Of a DNA stretch of 64,000 nt, positions 49,782 to 59,721 are shown in pieces (positions within the stretch are counted from its first letter, which is position 1; the number at the start of each line of letters is the position of its first letter). Where the stretch lies: positions 544,001 through 608,000 of the forward strand of contig OY970209.1 in assembly GCA_963713855.1 (NCBI GenBank), given 5' to 3'. The notes beneath the pieces are model-generated. The model did no database searches and was not told the DNA's origin. It worked only from the letters and a program-made list of their open reading frames with translations. The stretch is from an uncultured bacterium (GTDB lineage Bacteria > Babelota > Babeliae > Babelales > Babelaceae). The position numbers and the translations under genes were made by a program.

Positions 49782-50678
49782 TCAAGGTACTCTGCCGTAG
49801 TGAAGTGGTTTTTTCTGAGCGAGTGCTTTTGCGACAATAGCATGAGTTTTTTGAGTAGGTATGCAGTCGCACGCTGGTTCGTTGGTTGCGGCTGATCTTC
49901 CCCATCCTCCCGTCCAGTTCATGCCAAAGTCTTTTTGGCACACTATTGGACAAGCTTTTTGAGCTTGGGATTCGGTCTGAAGGTCGCGCCAAGCCTGTAC
50001 CTGAATAGGTCCTCTACCCGCAAGCTGTGTAGGTGATCCATAAAACTTCCATGCTCTCAATCGCTCAATTTTCTCATAAGCTAATGTCCGAGCTTTAGCT
50101 GCAGCTTCTTTTTGTGCTTTTTTCCGGGCGGCAAGCGCTGCTTTTTCCTGAGGCGTCATTTCTGACAAAGTCTTTGCTTGCTCTTCAGCTTGTATTCGTG
50201 CAGCTGCTGCTTGCTGAGCGTTTGCCGCTTGTATGATGCTTTTGTATCTTATGCGCGCAGTGGCGACAGCTATGGTGTCTTCAGTTGGAACACAACCACA
50301 CACAGATCCGTAATTAAGTGAATTATCCCACTGGCCATTCCACTGCATAAAAAGATGATTTTTACATATGGTTGGGCAGAATGCTTGGGCCGCTGATTCT
50401 GTATAGAATTGGTTTTTTGAAGGAACATTGATCGCGCTGCCTGTTACTTGGCCCTGACGTGCTATTTCACTGTAAACTTGTGAAGCGTCTGCTGATGCTA
50501 TGCTTGCGCGTAACTGCGGAGCGATGAAATTTTCAAGACTTTGTTCGATGCGGGGCGATAACTTTTCCTCAAGAATTTCTCCTACGTCGCCAATAACTCG
50601 TCCGAAAAACCACCCTGCTCCAAGCGTGTTTTGCCAGGTCAAATTCATACATAAAACAATAGCTACAAGTAGCCTCAT
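49782..50678 (-). CDS. Exported protein with two mannan-binding lectin (MVL-like) domains
   Basis: AQAFCPTIC...WNGQW...SVCGC and AQKACPIVC...WTGGW...ACDC separated by an Ala/Gln/Lys helix. Confidence 0.75.
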   Translation of the reverse strand: MRLLVAIVLCMNLTWQNTLGAGWFFGRVIGDVGEILEEKLSPRIEQSLENFIAPQLRASIASADASQVYSEIARQGQVTGSAINVPSKNQFYTESAAQAFCPTICKNHLFMQWNGQWDNSLNYGSVCGCVPTEDTIAVATARIRYKSIIQAANAQQAAAARIQAEEQAKTLSEMTPQEKAALAARKKAQKEAAAKARTLAYEKIERLRAWKFYGSPTQLAGRGPIQVQAWRDLQTESQAQKACPIVCQKDFGMNWTGGWGRSAATNEPACDCIPTQKTHAIVAKALAQKKPLHYGRVP

Positions 50679-50993
50679 ACTATCTCCTTAATCAAGTCCG
50701 TGCAGCGATCTAGCATTCGATACTTGAGTCTGGAAGGTTAAGCCTATTTTTTACAATTTAGCAAAAGTATTACTATTAGTGCAATAAATTTCTACAGAAG
50801 TACATATTTTAGTCGTTTTAAAAAAGAGATCTTTTTTCATATACTTTGGCCTCTTTATTTACTATCTAGCCGGCTGGGCTAAAAAAAGGCTTGTTTGGAT
50901 GCTCGTAACTGTATTAATATTGATTGTACACTGTCCTTTATAAGTGGTATTCTTTTACTAAGTAACTGCTTATAAAAGCTCCCGGGAGGACTA

Positions 50994-51623
50994 ATGGGCT
51001 CTAAAGGAACGTTGTTTCTCGTTTCAGCTCCTTCTGGTGCCGGTAAGACTACGCTTGTAACTCGGCTCATCCAGAAGCTTGCCCATGAGCATCTTTTGGA
51101 GCGGGTCATTACGTATACCTCTCGAAAGCAGCGTCATAATGAGAGCAACGGTTTTGACTATCACTTCATATCCGAGACTGATTTTGAAAAAAAGGCCCGA
51201 GAAGGGTTTTTTATCGAATGGAGCTCAGTGTACGGTGCTTATTATGGCTCCCCTCAGAGTGAGCTTATCAAATTAGAGCAAGGCATATCTCTCTGCATGA
51301 TTCTCGATTTAAAGGGTATAAAAGAGGTAATGTCTTATTACCCCTCTGTGACTTTATGGATTGCACCACCAAGTATGCACGCTTTAGAAAAACGTCTTTC
51401 TAAAAGAGGTTCTTACGAACTTGATGATAGATTATTTCGCCTAGACCTTGCAAAAGACGAGCTTAAGCAGGTATCTGAACATAATGTCTTTGACTACACT
51501 ATCGTTAATGATGACCTAGAAACCGCATTCGATCACCTTGAAGGCATTGTTCTACATGAGATGCACCGGACTAAAAATCTTGAAGCACCAGCTTTTGCTT
51601 ACACCCGGGCTGAAAAGATATAA
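50994..51623 (+). CDS. gmk: Guanylate kinase
   Basis: SAPSGAGKTT, YTSR...ESNGFDYHF, YYGS, IVNDDL. Confidence 0.96.
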   Translation: MGSKGTLFLVSAPSGAGKTTLVTRLIQKLAHEHLLERVITYTSRKQRHNESNGFDYHFISETDFEKKAREGFFIEWSSVYGAYYGSPQSELIKLEQGISLCMILDLKGIKEVMSYYPSVTLWIAPPSMHALEKRLSKRGSYELDDRLFRLDLAKDELKQVSEHNVFDYTIVNDDLETAFDHLEGIVLHEMHRTKNLEAPAFAYTRAEKI

Positions 51624-52016
51624 ATAGTGCTAAATCATTTCTTACAATCGGCAATCGCATTGCACATAATCCGCAATCAGGCTATGTGTTTTGATTATTT
51701 TGCGACAAGTTCGACTTCTTCTTCAAATTATGACTAACTTAAATAAAAACTTGACAATTTTGCGATTTTAATTGATTATCTTATTAGAATGATCTTACAT
51801 AAGGAGTAATCATGATCATAAATGCGGGGTATCCCTGGCTCGTTTAACTCTAATCTAGCTTCGTTCAAGCTCCCATTCTTTTCCCTTCTCTTTTCGTTCA
51901 TTTTTGGATTTCTAACTTTTCCTTATAACTGGAATGAACTCTGTTGGTGGTAATCACCTTAGGTTTTCTTTCTACGTTTTCACTTTTTTAGTTTTTAAAA
52001 GTTAAGGATTAGTCTC

Positions 52017-53162
52017 ATGAAATCTATTATTTTAAGTTTAATTACTTGTCTTTCATTTTGTTCGGCCTTTACTTTGGCCTTGCAGCAAAATGAATTAGGC
52101 GATGTTGCAGGAAGTGATTGTGAGCGTCAAGGTTACTATGTGGAATCTGAAGTGATTGCCTGTGATCAGTGCGGCGATCCATTTCATAAAGCCGTACGCA
52201 TCATGAGTAACGAACAATATAAGAGTTTTGACAACGTGGATGGTGGTTTCGTTGCGGATAATGCAGGAACAACGCCGAATAAAATAGTGACTTTTGTCAC
52301 TGCTGATGGAGAATCTGCTCGATTTTTGGTAAAGCAGTCCCATCCCATTCAGGTGATCAATACAGTCATCGCTACGTTTCTTTATAAGGCACTATTAGGG
52401 GATGAGCTTATACCAGATATTGCTGTTGTAGATGCTAACAGTTTATACCCAAATGAATGTGGTCAAGATTCTCAAGATACCAATAGAGGTGTAAGGAAAT
52501 ATTACATTGCGAGTAAACTGTTTACAGATATGATAATGCATTTTGGAAACAACTCTGGTCAGGACGAGGGTTCTCCATGCTTTTGTACTTGTGTGTATGG
52601 CAATGGTTGGGGAATCGGTTACCACGTATTAAACATTAAAGAGCACGACGTCTACCAAGGCACTGAGCGTGCGGCTATTGTTTCAATGATTTTGCAAGAC
52701 ACGGACGCTTTTGAAAATTGTCGCAATCACGGTTACCGCAAATTTGGGTCAATCTATAAGCTTGTTCGCTTTGATCTTGATCATTCAGATTTATTCTTTG
52801 CTCCTTTTGCGAAAAATCCTATCAAGATACCTTACAATAGTTTGATACGAGTGAAAGAGTTTTTGACCGAAGTTGGCCTCGCGTATATTGCAAAAATCAG
52901 CCAAGAAAAAGATAAGGTTTTTCATGCTCTTAGTAAGAAGATAGATGAAAGCTTTGAAATTTTAAGTGCCCTCTATACGGACGAAGAAATCAGACTAATA
53001 TATAAGCAGTGTGCTTCTCGTTTTATCGCACCCGGAGCGCGTGATGGCACTCCTCATTACAATGGTTATGGTGTCGGACAAGGTCCTACTGTTAACAGTC
53101 TTAATGAGTTAAAAGAAATAATTTTATCGAATGTGAAAACTATATTGGAAAACGTAAGGTAA
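52017..53162 (+). CDS. Exported protein with atypical kinase-like (PI3/4K, LepB-N/CtkA-like) motifs
   Basis: Signal peptide; FLVKQ, ATFLYKALLG..IP, YIASK, QDTD...N, VRFDLDHS. Confidence 0.65.
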   Translation: MKSIILSLITCLSFCSAFTLALQQNELGDVAGSDCERQGYYVESEVIACDQCGDPFHKAVRIMSNEQYKSFDNVDGGFVADNAGTTPNKIVTFVTADGESARFLVKQSHPIQVINTVIATFLYKALLGDELIPDIAVVDANSLYPNECGQDSQDTNRGVRKYYIASKLFTDMIMHFGNNSGQDEGSPCFCTCVYGNGWGIGYHVLNIKEHDVYQGTERAAIVSMILQDTDAFENCRNHGYRKFGSIYKLVRFDLDHSDLFFAPFAKNPIKIPYNSLIRVKEFLTEVGLAYIAKISQEKDKVFHALSKKIDESFEILSALYTDEEIRLIYKQCASRFIAPGARDGTPHYNGYGVGQGPTVNSLNELKEIILSNVKTILENVR

Positions 53163-53174
53163 GACAAACACGGG

Positions 53175-53210
53175 CAAGGACGCGCTTAAATAAACGTAAG
53201 CGCGTCCTTG
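53175..53210 (+). terminator. Hairpin, probable terminator
   Basis: caaggacgcgctta...taagcgcgtccttg, 14-bp stem. Confidence 0.6.
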
Positions 53211-53339
53211 ATGAGGATTTCACGAAATCAAATGAACCAAATATTCTAGCCTATCCGCGACAATTTTATTAAAAAATCTTATTTTATAACTCAAAGCTTG
53301 ACATGCTAATACTCAAATTACAGGATTGGGGAATAGAAA

Positions 53340-54164
53340 ATGAAAAGATCTTTATCTGTTATAGTTTTATTATCGAGTATTAGCTTCATAGGAATGGAAG
53401 CATCAAAAGATAAGCCCTACAGCAATAGAGATGACATAGGAAGGGTGGCTTTGCCAGGTCTTGATAGAACCTATCAAACGTGTTTTATGCACGGTTATAG
53501 CTCATTTCGATTAGGAAGCCGAATAAGAGAGGATGGTCAAAGGGAATATATTCGTTATAGCATCCCGGTATTTCCTAAAGCCGCCGTACTATCGGTAGTG
53601 CAAATGTTGACAGCTTTTAGCCAAGTGAGACCAAGTATCCGAGATTCGAGCGCAGAGCAAGAGAGACTCGAAAGGCTAGATACCAGCTTTGAAGAGTATT
53701 TTAGAGATCATTCCATAAATGATAGTTTCTATTTTTTATACCGACCTGAAGTTGGAATCAATGACTGGGCTGCTATGGGTCAACCTGGGAGCACTCGCAA
53801 TGGGGCGGGGACCCTCTGGTCCAATGACTCGTTAAGGTCTGAATTTTTTGTAAGGCTGACGCCGCTGCAACTTCTTGCTATGTCTGCCGACTGGGCGGCT
53901 ATTGAACGCTTGCTTAACCGTGGAGCTAACCCTGACTTGGCTACAGACGATGTTCCTCAAACTCCTCTTGAGCTTCTTATTGCGCTTGTACAATGGGAGC
54001 AACAAGAGTTAGGAAACGAGCGTAGGGACTCACCAGAAACTATCGAACTAAATCAAAGGGCGGCCGAAGAATTTGTAGGAAACGAATGGACACGTTTGGT
54101 ACAAAACTCAAGAAGCTTTGTTAGCAGACTCGTATATGCCGGCCAAACTATAATGAGCATTTAA
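53340..54164 (+). CDS. Exported ankyrin-like repeat protein, paralog 1
   Basis: Signal peptide; TPLQLLA...AIERLLNRGANPD...QTPLEL. Confidence 0.8.
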   Translation: MKRSLSVIVLLSSISFIGMEASKDKPYSNRDDIGRVALPGLDRTYQTCFMHGYSSFRLGSRIREDGQREYIRYSIPVFPKAAVLSVVQMLTAFSQVRPSIRDSSAEQERLERLDTSFEEYFRDHSINDSFYFLYRPEVGINDWAAMGQPGSTRNGAGTLWSNDSLRSEFFVRLTPLQLLAMSADWAAIERLLNRGANPDLATDDVPQTPLELLIALVQWEQQELGNERRDSPETIELNQRAAEEFVGNEWTRLVQNSRSFVSRLVYAGQTIMSI

Positions 54165-54383
54165 CTCTATCGTTTATTCTTGGATAAGCGGCCTATTAAA
54201 GCCGTACGCATCTCTTTTCACTTGCAGCATGCAAGGATTGCGAGGATTTTCTCATAATCGAGTAAACCATATATTTTAGGCTATACATGCTAATTTTAGT
54301 AGCTATTTTAATGCAAAATGATATACTAACAGTCAAATTTCCTAAATTGTAAGTTTTAAGTAGGCTTTAATAAGGATTGAAAA

Positions 54384-55298
54384 ATGCAAAGATCTTTAAC
54401 TGTTTTAGTTTTATTAACGAGTTTTAGCCTCATTGGGATGGAAGCGCGAAAAGTTACGCCCTATGCGAGTAGAGATGACATAGGAAGAGTGGCTTCACTG
54501 GGTCTTGAAAGAACGTATGAAACGGGTTTTGCTTACGGTCATAGCTCATTTCGATTAGGAAGCCGCATCGGACAGGATGGTCGAAGAGAATACATTCGTT
54601 ACAGTATACCTGTATTCTCAGGAGATGCCGGACTGAGGGTTGTGCGAATGTTGGAGGCTTTTGGAGAAGTGAGACCAAGTATCCGAGCTGCGGGTGCGGA
54701 GCGAAAGAGACGCCAAAAGCTTGACCGCAGCTTTACAGAGTTTTTTAGGGATCATTCTATCAACGATAGTTTATATTTTTTATACCGACCTGGAGTCGAA
54801 ATCAGTGGATGGAAAGCTACGATTGGTCAATACAGTCACGAATATCGTGGGGCTGGGCCGATTTGGTCCAACGAATCATCAAGGCCTGAATTTTTTGTAA
54901 GGCTGACACCACTTCAAATCGCAGCTATGTCGGGTGACTGGGCGGCAATTGAGCGGTTGGTCAATCGTGGCGCTAATCCGGATTTGGTTACACCGGACGT
55001 TCCTCAAACTCCTCTTGAGCTTCTTATTACGCTAGTACAATGGGAGCAACAAGAGTTAGGAAACGAGCATGGGGAGTCGCCAGAGACCATTGAACTAAAT
55101 CAAAGGGCGGCCGAAGAATTTGTAAGAAACGAGTGGACACGTTTAGTAGAAAACTCAAGAAGTCTTACTCGAAGACTTTCAAATGCGGGTGAAAACATAG
55201 TGAGCGTATTGCGCAATCCTCATACAGCACAGGTGATCATTGCATTATTATTGCTCTACGTCTATTGGCAAAAGACGCAATCTTCTTCTTTGCAATAG
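54384..55298 (+). CDS. Exported ankyrin-like repeat protein, paralog 2, with C-terminal TM helix
   Basis: Highly similar to the preceding gene, extra VIIALLLLYVYW tail. Confidence 0.8.
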   Translation: MQRSLTVLVLLTSFSLIGMEARKVTPYASRDDIGRVASLGLERTYETGFAYGHSSFRLGSRIGQDGRREYIRYSIPVFSGDAGLRVVRMLEAFGEVRPSIRAAGAERKRRQKLDRSFTEFFRDHSINDSLYFLYRPGVEISGWKATIGQYSHEYRGAGPIWSNESSRPEFFVRLTPLQIAAMSGDWAAIERLVNRGANPDLVTPDVPQTPLELLITLVQWEQQELGNEHGESPETIELNQRAAEEFVRNEWTRLVENSRSLTRRLSNAGENIVSVLRNPHTAQVIIALLLLYVYWQKTQSSSLQ

Positions 55299-55354
55299 AT
55301 CGTAGTTCTTAAGTTTTTAACTCAATTCTTCTATTTTTACCATCGGAACGATTA

Positions 55355-57310
55355 ATGATGACTCTTAAAGTCGTAATTTTCTGCTCGAGTATCATGCTTT
55401 CTTGTTTTATACCTTTGGTGGGGATGGAAGAGGATGATGGCACGGGGTGGAAGCGAGATATATTTAAGATGAACGACATTTTGTCTCAAAATGCCCAAAA
55501 CGTTACCTTGAGGCTTAATTCGCGGCTGATTAAGGCTTTACGTGAACTGGGTTTAGATAGCTCTATAGCGGAAGAGCTCAAAAAAGCGCAAGAGAATGAA
55601 GAATTACAGAAACTTGTCGAGCACTTTAATTCACAGGATCTGGCTGCTTTTTCTCCTTGCGAGATTCGGGATGTAAGAACTATGTTCCCTCAAACTACTC
55701 ATCAAGTCGCTCTTGAACTGCAAAACGTTATCGAAGAGGTCGGAAATAAAAAACTCAGGGATAGCCCTGTATGTGCGCGATTTAATAGCTTTGAAGTTTC
55801 ACCAGATGTTGCACGAGCATTAATTGCCCATCGTTTACCTGTGTTCTGCCAATTTACCGCGAGCTCAAGAAATACGCTCGCGCTTACAAGTGATGAGTTG
55901 ATGGCTCAGGATGGAGCGACTTTTATACCGCTCGTTTTTGAAGTACACATTGATGCGTCATCTGAATTGAATGGATCTGTTATTCCCACTACTACTGTGG
56001 AAAGAGGAGCAAAGATCGCGAATGATGATTTGTCTATCCCGAAAGCCTGTCTCTTGTCTCTTTCCAGTTTACAAAACATTTTTAGGGGATTTTCTCAATT
56101 AGCCGAAGTAATGCGTAAAAAGAACAAAGCCCTCATTAACTATCGATCATTACTTGGATCTGACTTAATAAGATCTTTAGAAGTGGATTGTGCAAAATGG
56201 TCGTTTCATAAAGATTATAGCATTGGGGGATATTCGAATCTGGCAAGTGTTTTTGTTTTTTACCAATTCTTAATTGGCCAAGAAGGCGATTTTATTGGCC
56301 AAGGTCTGTCCGAAGAAACTTTTAGTGCAAATCTCATCGCTACCGGGGTACGTGAAGATTTGGCACAATCCTACGCGAGTTTATGGCATGATGAGCTGCT
56401 AGTTTATTCTTGGATAAGGGCTCTATTAAAACCGTATGCGTCTCTTTTTGCGCGCATCAATGGTGGTGATACAAGTTTCGAGGGTGATGATTCACCTTTT
56501 TTGCACCCGAATGATTTTGCGATGTTGCTTGAAAGATGTGCAAGAGATTTTCGAAATGTTGGAAGAAAGCGAGCTAGGAGATTGAAAGCACGATTTAATT
56601 GCGAAATGCAAGAACGGGAAAGTGACGATTCAGGACCTATACTAGATTTGACGAATCTTTCTTTGGATAACTTCGAATCAGAAACCAAAGCGAGAGGCAA
56701 GGGTAAGGAAAAAACCAATACTCAGACAGAAAGCCAAGACTGGAAAGAGCATGTAAAAGAAAATAGGAAAGCTCGTCAAAAAGAAAAAGACAGAGCTCGC
56801 CATGACATATGTGATGAGCACAGAAATAATGCGATAGAAGAAATTGGTACAGCGCAAATCGGACCTCTCATGTCATTATGGCCGAGTGAGCGGGAGCGCC
56901 TAGCAGCACGTTTAGAAAATGAGTTTGGGAATCATCATGTGTATAACGCATTTATCGACCCTTTTGACGGAAGGTATAGTGTGACTCAAGAAGAGATTAA
57001 TGCATTTTTTGTAAGAGTGGCCGACCTAGTGGCAGCATTTCTTTTAGAAGAAGGAAGTTATACTTTAGAGGCAATTGAAGAATTTGTTAAAACATTCATT
57101 GCACATGGTCAAGGAACTGACCATCGTTTTCATGGTTCAAGCCATACTCGAGCTTTGCCAGCTAGCTATGTGGCACATAGAAGAGGGGCGCTTATTATCT
57201 TCGGGGTTATGTCATCTGACATTTTTAAGCGTTTAGGTAAAGATGGTCGTCAGTATGAAGATAAATACCTGATGCGTTTATACTCAAAACTAAGCTCCCC
57301 ATTAAGCTAG
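55355..57310 (+). CDS. Large hypothetical exported protein, paralog 1
   Basis: Signal peptide; shares blocks with the next gene (YSNLA.VFVFY.FL, LWPSER.RLA, GTDH.FHGSSHT.ALPASYVAHRR). Confidence 0.8.
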   Translation: MMTLKVVIFCSSIMLSCFIPLVGMEEDDGTGWKRDIFKMNDILSQNAQNVTLRLNSRLIKALRELGLDSSIAEELKKAQENEELQKLVEHFNSQDLAAFSPCEIRDVRTMFPQTTHQVALELQNVIEEVGNKKLRDSPVCARFNSFEVSPDVARALIAHRLPVFCQFTASSRNTLALTSDELMAQDGATFIPLVFEVHIDASSELNGSVIPTTTVERGAKIANDDLSIPKACLLSLSSLQNIFRGFSQLAEVMRKKNKALINYRSLLGSDLIRSLEVDCAKWSFHKDYSIGGYSNLASVFVFYQFLIGQEGDFIGQGLSEETFSANLIATGVREDLAQSYASLWHDELLVYSWIRALLKPYASLFARINGGDTSFEGDDSPFLHPNDFAMLLERCARDFRNVGRKRARRLKARFNCEMQERESDDSGPILDLTNLSLDNFESETKARGKGKEKTNTQTESQDWKEHVKENRKARQKEKDRARHDICDEHRNNAIEEIGTAQIGPLMSLWPSERERLAARLENEFGNHHVYNAFIDPFDGRYSVTQEEINAFFVRVADLVAAFLLEEGSYTLEAIEEFVKTFIAHGQGTDHRFHGSSHTRALPASYVAHRRGALIIFGVMSSDIFKRLGKDGRQYEDKYLMRLYSKLSSPLS

Positions 57311-57460
57311 ATTTAGAATCTGAGTCCGGAGAAATATCAAAATATTGCTAGTATTTTTTTCTAGTGCCGACATCATGTTGCTCTTGCGCTTGGGCTCTAG
57401 AAAGGGTATTAATTATAAAAAATAACCATAGTTTAATCGTTATTAATAGTTAGGTGAGCT

Positions 57461-59614
57461 ATGATAGGTAAGCTTTTAACTCTCGGTTGCGCTTTGCTGT
57501 TTTCTAGTTTTCTTGCAGCAATGGAAAAGGATAATAGCTGGCGGCAAGAAATAGCGCGAATTTTTAATCAAGACACCGAGGGCATCTTGCGACTCTTGAT
57601 CCTTGATATGCTGCGCAATCAAGGGGTTGATACATCGGCTGTCGAAGAGCGCTATGCTCGTGAGGTCGAAGAACTGAAAAAAGACCGAGAAGCTGAGGCT
57701 GAGCAAAATGCACGCGGTACAGCGTGGCAACAAGACGTAACTAGAATGCGTAATATTCTTTTACAGAATAGCGAAAATGCAACACTCAGCGTAAATTCTA
57801 CACTTATAGCTGCCTTGCATCAGCTGCACATCGATAGCTCTGTAGCAGAAGCAATGAAAAGCGCGCAGGAGGAAGAAGAAGGAGATGAGCTATTAATCAG
57901 CCAATATGGATCAAGAGATCTTGTCCCGCTTTATCCGAGCGAGATTAGAGATATAAGAATCATGCTTCCGCTGCCTGAACATTTAGTTTTAAATGAGCTG
58001 TGCGGCATTATAGCCTCGACGACGGAAACAAACATTATGGAATGTCCTATATTTGCCCACCAGTCTAAGTTTGCTGTCTCTCGGGCTACCGCAGAACTGT
58101 TAAGCGGTCATCATTTGACTGTTCTGTGTTTACTGCCGGACGGTTCATATACGCTTGCAGGTACAAGAAGCGAATTACCAGACCGAGAACAGGTGACTTT
58201 TTGTCCATTATTTCTTCATTCGTTAGAGGCAGGTGTGGTGCCGCCAGAACATGAATTCGTCATTCCTATTAGACTTACAAAACAATGCGAAACCGATGAA
58301 CCCACAAAAGAAACGGAGAGACCTAAGGGTGGTGGAATCACCAAAATTTCTTTCTTGCCTATTCCAACCCTGAGGCACGTTTGGAGTGCTATTTCTCAAC
58401 TATCAGAGGTAATGAATCGAAAGCATAAGGTATTGCTTGGGCACCAATCGTTAATGAAATCAACTGTTGGTAAGCTTATAAAACATGTTTTAGTCAAAGG
58501 TGAAGCACTCTGGTCTTTCTTTATGAGCGAAAGCGTTCATTTTTATTCAAATTTGGCCACCGTTTTCGTTTTTTACCATTTTTTAGGTGAGCAACACGAT
58601 GAGGGAGAAGATAGATCGGAGGAGGAGCTTATAGAACGAACGATGCTGTTTGGATTAAATGAAAATGCGGCTCAATTGTACGCAAGCTTGTGTCATGAAG
58701 AAAAGCTTATCCGTGACTGGGTAATGGCTCAATTAAGGCCCTACGTTTCTCTTTTTGCTCAATTGAACGGCCATGATTACAGTCTCTATCACGAAGATAA
58801 TCATTCTATCAATCATCTTGATCTTGAAAGATTGTTTGAAAGTTACGCAAGAGAATATCAAAATGCTGGAAGACGGCGCGCCAGAAGATTAAAAGGACAA
58901 GCCCGACGAGAGCTCGAAGGAAGTAGACAAACACCGACTTTAGATTTGACGGCCTGGTCCGAGGATCTCGAATCGAAGAGTAAGACCAAAAAAAAGGGAA
59001 AAGAAAAAGAGACAAAGAAGCCTCAAGTCCTAAATTGGAAAGAGCGTGTGGCAGAAATAAGGAAAGCTAGCGAGCAAAGAAAAGCCGATGCTCGAAATGA
59101 AATAGGTAATGAACACAGAAATAATCAGATAGGAATGCCGCAGGTAATCGAAGGTTCTTCTCAAAACAATGAGTCAGGTATAATGGCTCTATGGCCTAGT
59201 GAGCGAGATCGCCTTGCAAAACTTTTGGAAAATGAATTTAGGAATAATCGAGTATATAATGCATTTATTGATCCTTTTGACAAAAGGTATCGTGTGACTC
59301 AAGAAGAGATTAATGAATTTTTTGAAAAAGTAGGTGATAAGGTGGCAGCATTTCTTGTAGAAGACGGCAGGTATTCAAAAGAGGCTATCGAAGAATTTGT
59401 TGCTGAGTTTGTAGAACTTAGCCAAGGTACAGACCATACTTTTCATGGTTCTAGCCATACAGGAGCCCTGCCTGCAAGTTATGTGGCTCATAGAAGAATC
59501 ATGCTCATTCTATTTGGAATTATGCCCCTTGGTATTTTTAAACATGAAGGTAGAGACGGTCGTGAAGCTGAACAAAATTATCTCATGCGTTTGTTGCATA
59601 ACCCTAAGCCCTAG
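57461..59614 (+). CDS. Large hypothetical exported protein, paralog 2
   Basis: 717 aa, signal peptide, same conserved blocks, basic patches. Confidence 0.8.
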   Translation: MIGKLLTLGCALLFSSFLAAMEKDNSWRQEIARIFNQDTEGILRLLILDMLRNQGVDTSAVEERYAREVEELKKDREAEAEQNARGTAWQQDVTRMRNILLQNSENATLSVNSTLIAALHQLHIDSSVAEAMKSAQEEEEGDELLISQYGSRDLVPLYPSEIRDIRIMLPLPEHLVLNELCGIIASTTETNIMECPIFAHQSKFAVSRATAELLSGHHLTVLCLLPDGSYTLAGTRSELPDREQVTFCPLFLHSLEAGVVPPEHEFVIPIRLTKQCETDEPTKETERPKGGGITKISFLPIPTLRHVWSAISQLSEVMNRKHKVLLGHQSLMKSTVGKLIKHVLVKGEALWSFFMSESVHFYSNLATVFVFYHFLGEQHDEGEDRSEEELIERTMLFGLNENAAQLYASLCHEEKLIRDWVMAQLRPYVSLFAQLNGHDYSLYHEDNHSINHLDLERLFESYAREYQNAGRRRARRLKGQARRELEGSRQTPTLDLTAWSEDLESKSKTKKKGKEKETKKPQVLNWKERVAEIRKASEQRKADARNEIGNEHRNNQIGMPQVIEGSSQNNESGIMALWPSERDRLAKLLENEFRNNRVYNAFIDPFDKRYRVTQEEINEFFEKVGDKVAAFLVEDGRYSKEAIEEFVAEFVELSQGTDHTFHGSSHTGALPASYVAHRRIMLILFGIMPLGIFKHEGRDGREAEQNYLMRLLHNPKP

Positions 59615-59668
59615 TTTGGAATTATTTTAAATACAAAAATGATCGCAACTTTTACAATTTTGTTAGGG

Positions 59669-59709
59669 ATGTTAATGGCCGTGCTCATTAAAGCTTCGGC
59701 CATTAACAT
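59669..59709. terminator. Hairpin between convergent genes
   Basis: atgttaatggccg...cggccattaacat. Confidence 0.6.
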
Positions 59710-59721
59710 GTTTAAGCGCTT

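Noticed and set aside
51800..51960. Short SD-led ORF (MIINAGYPWLV) and pyrimidine-rich tract as a leader/attenuator
   Set aside because: No regulatory codon run or convincing alternative hairpins; cannot be supported
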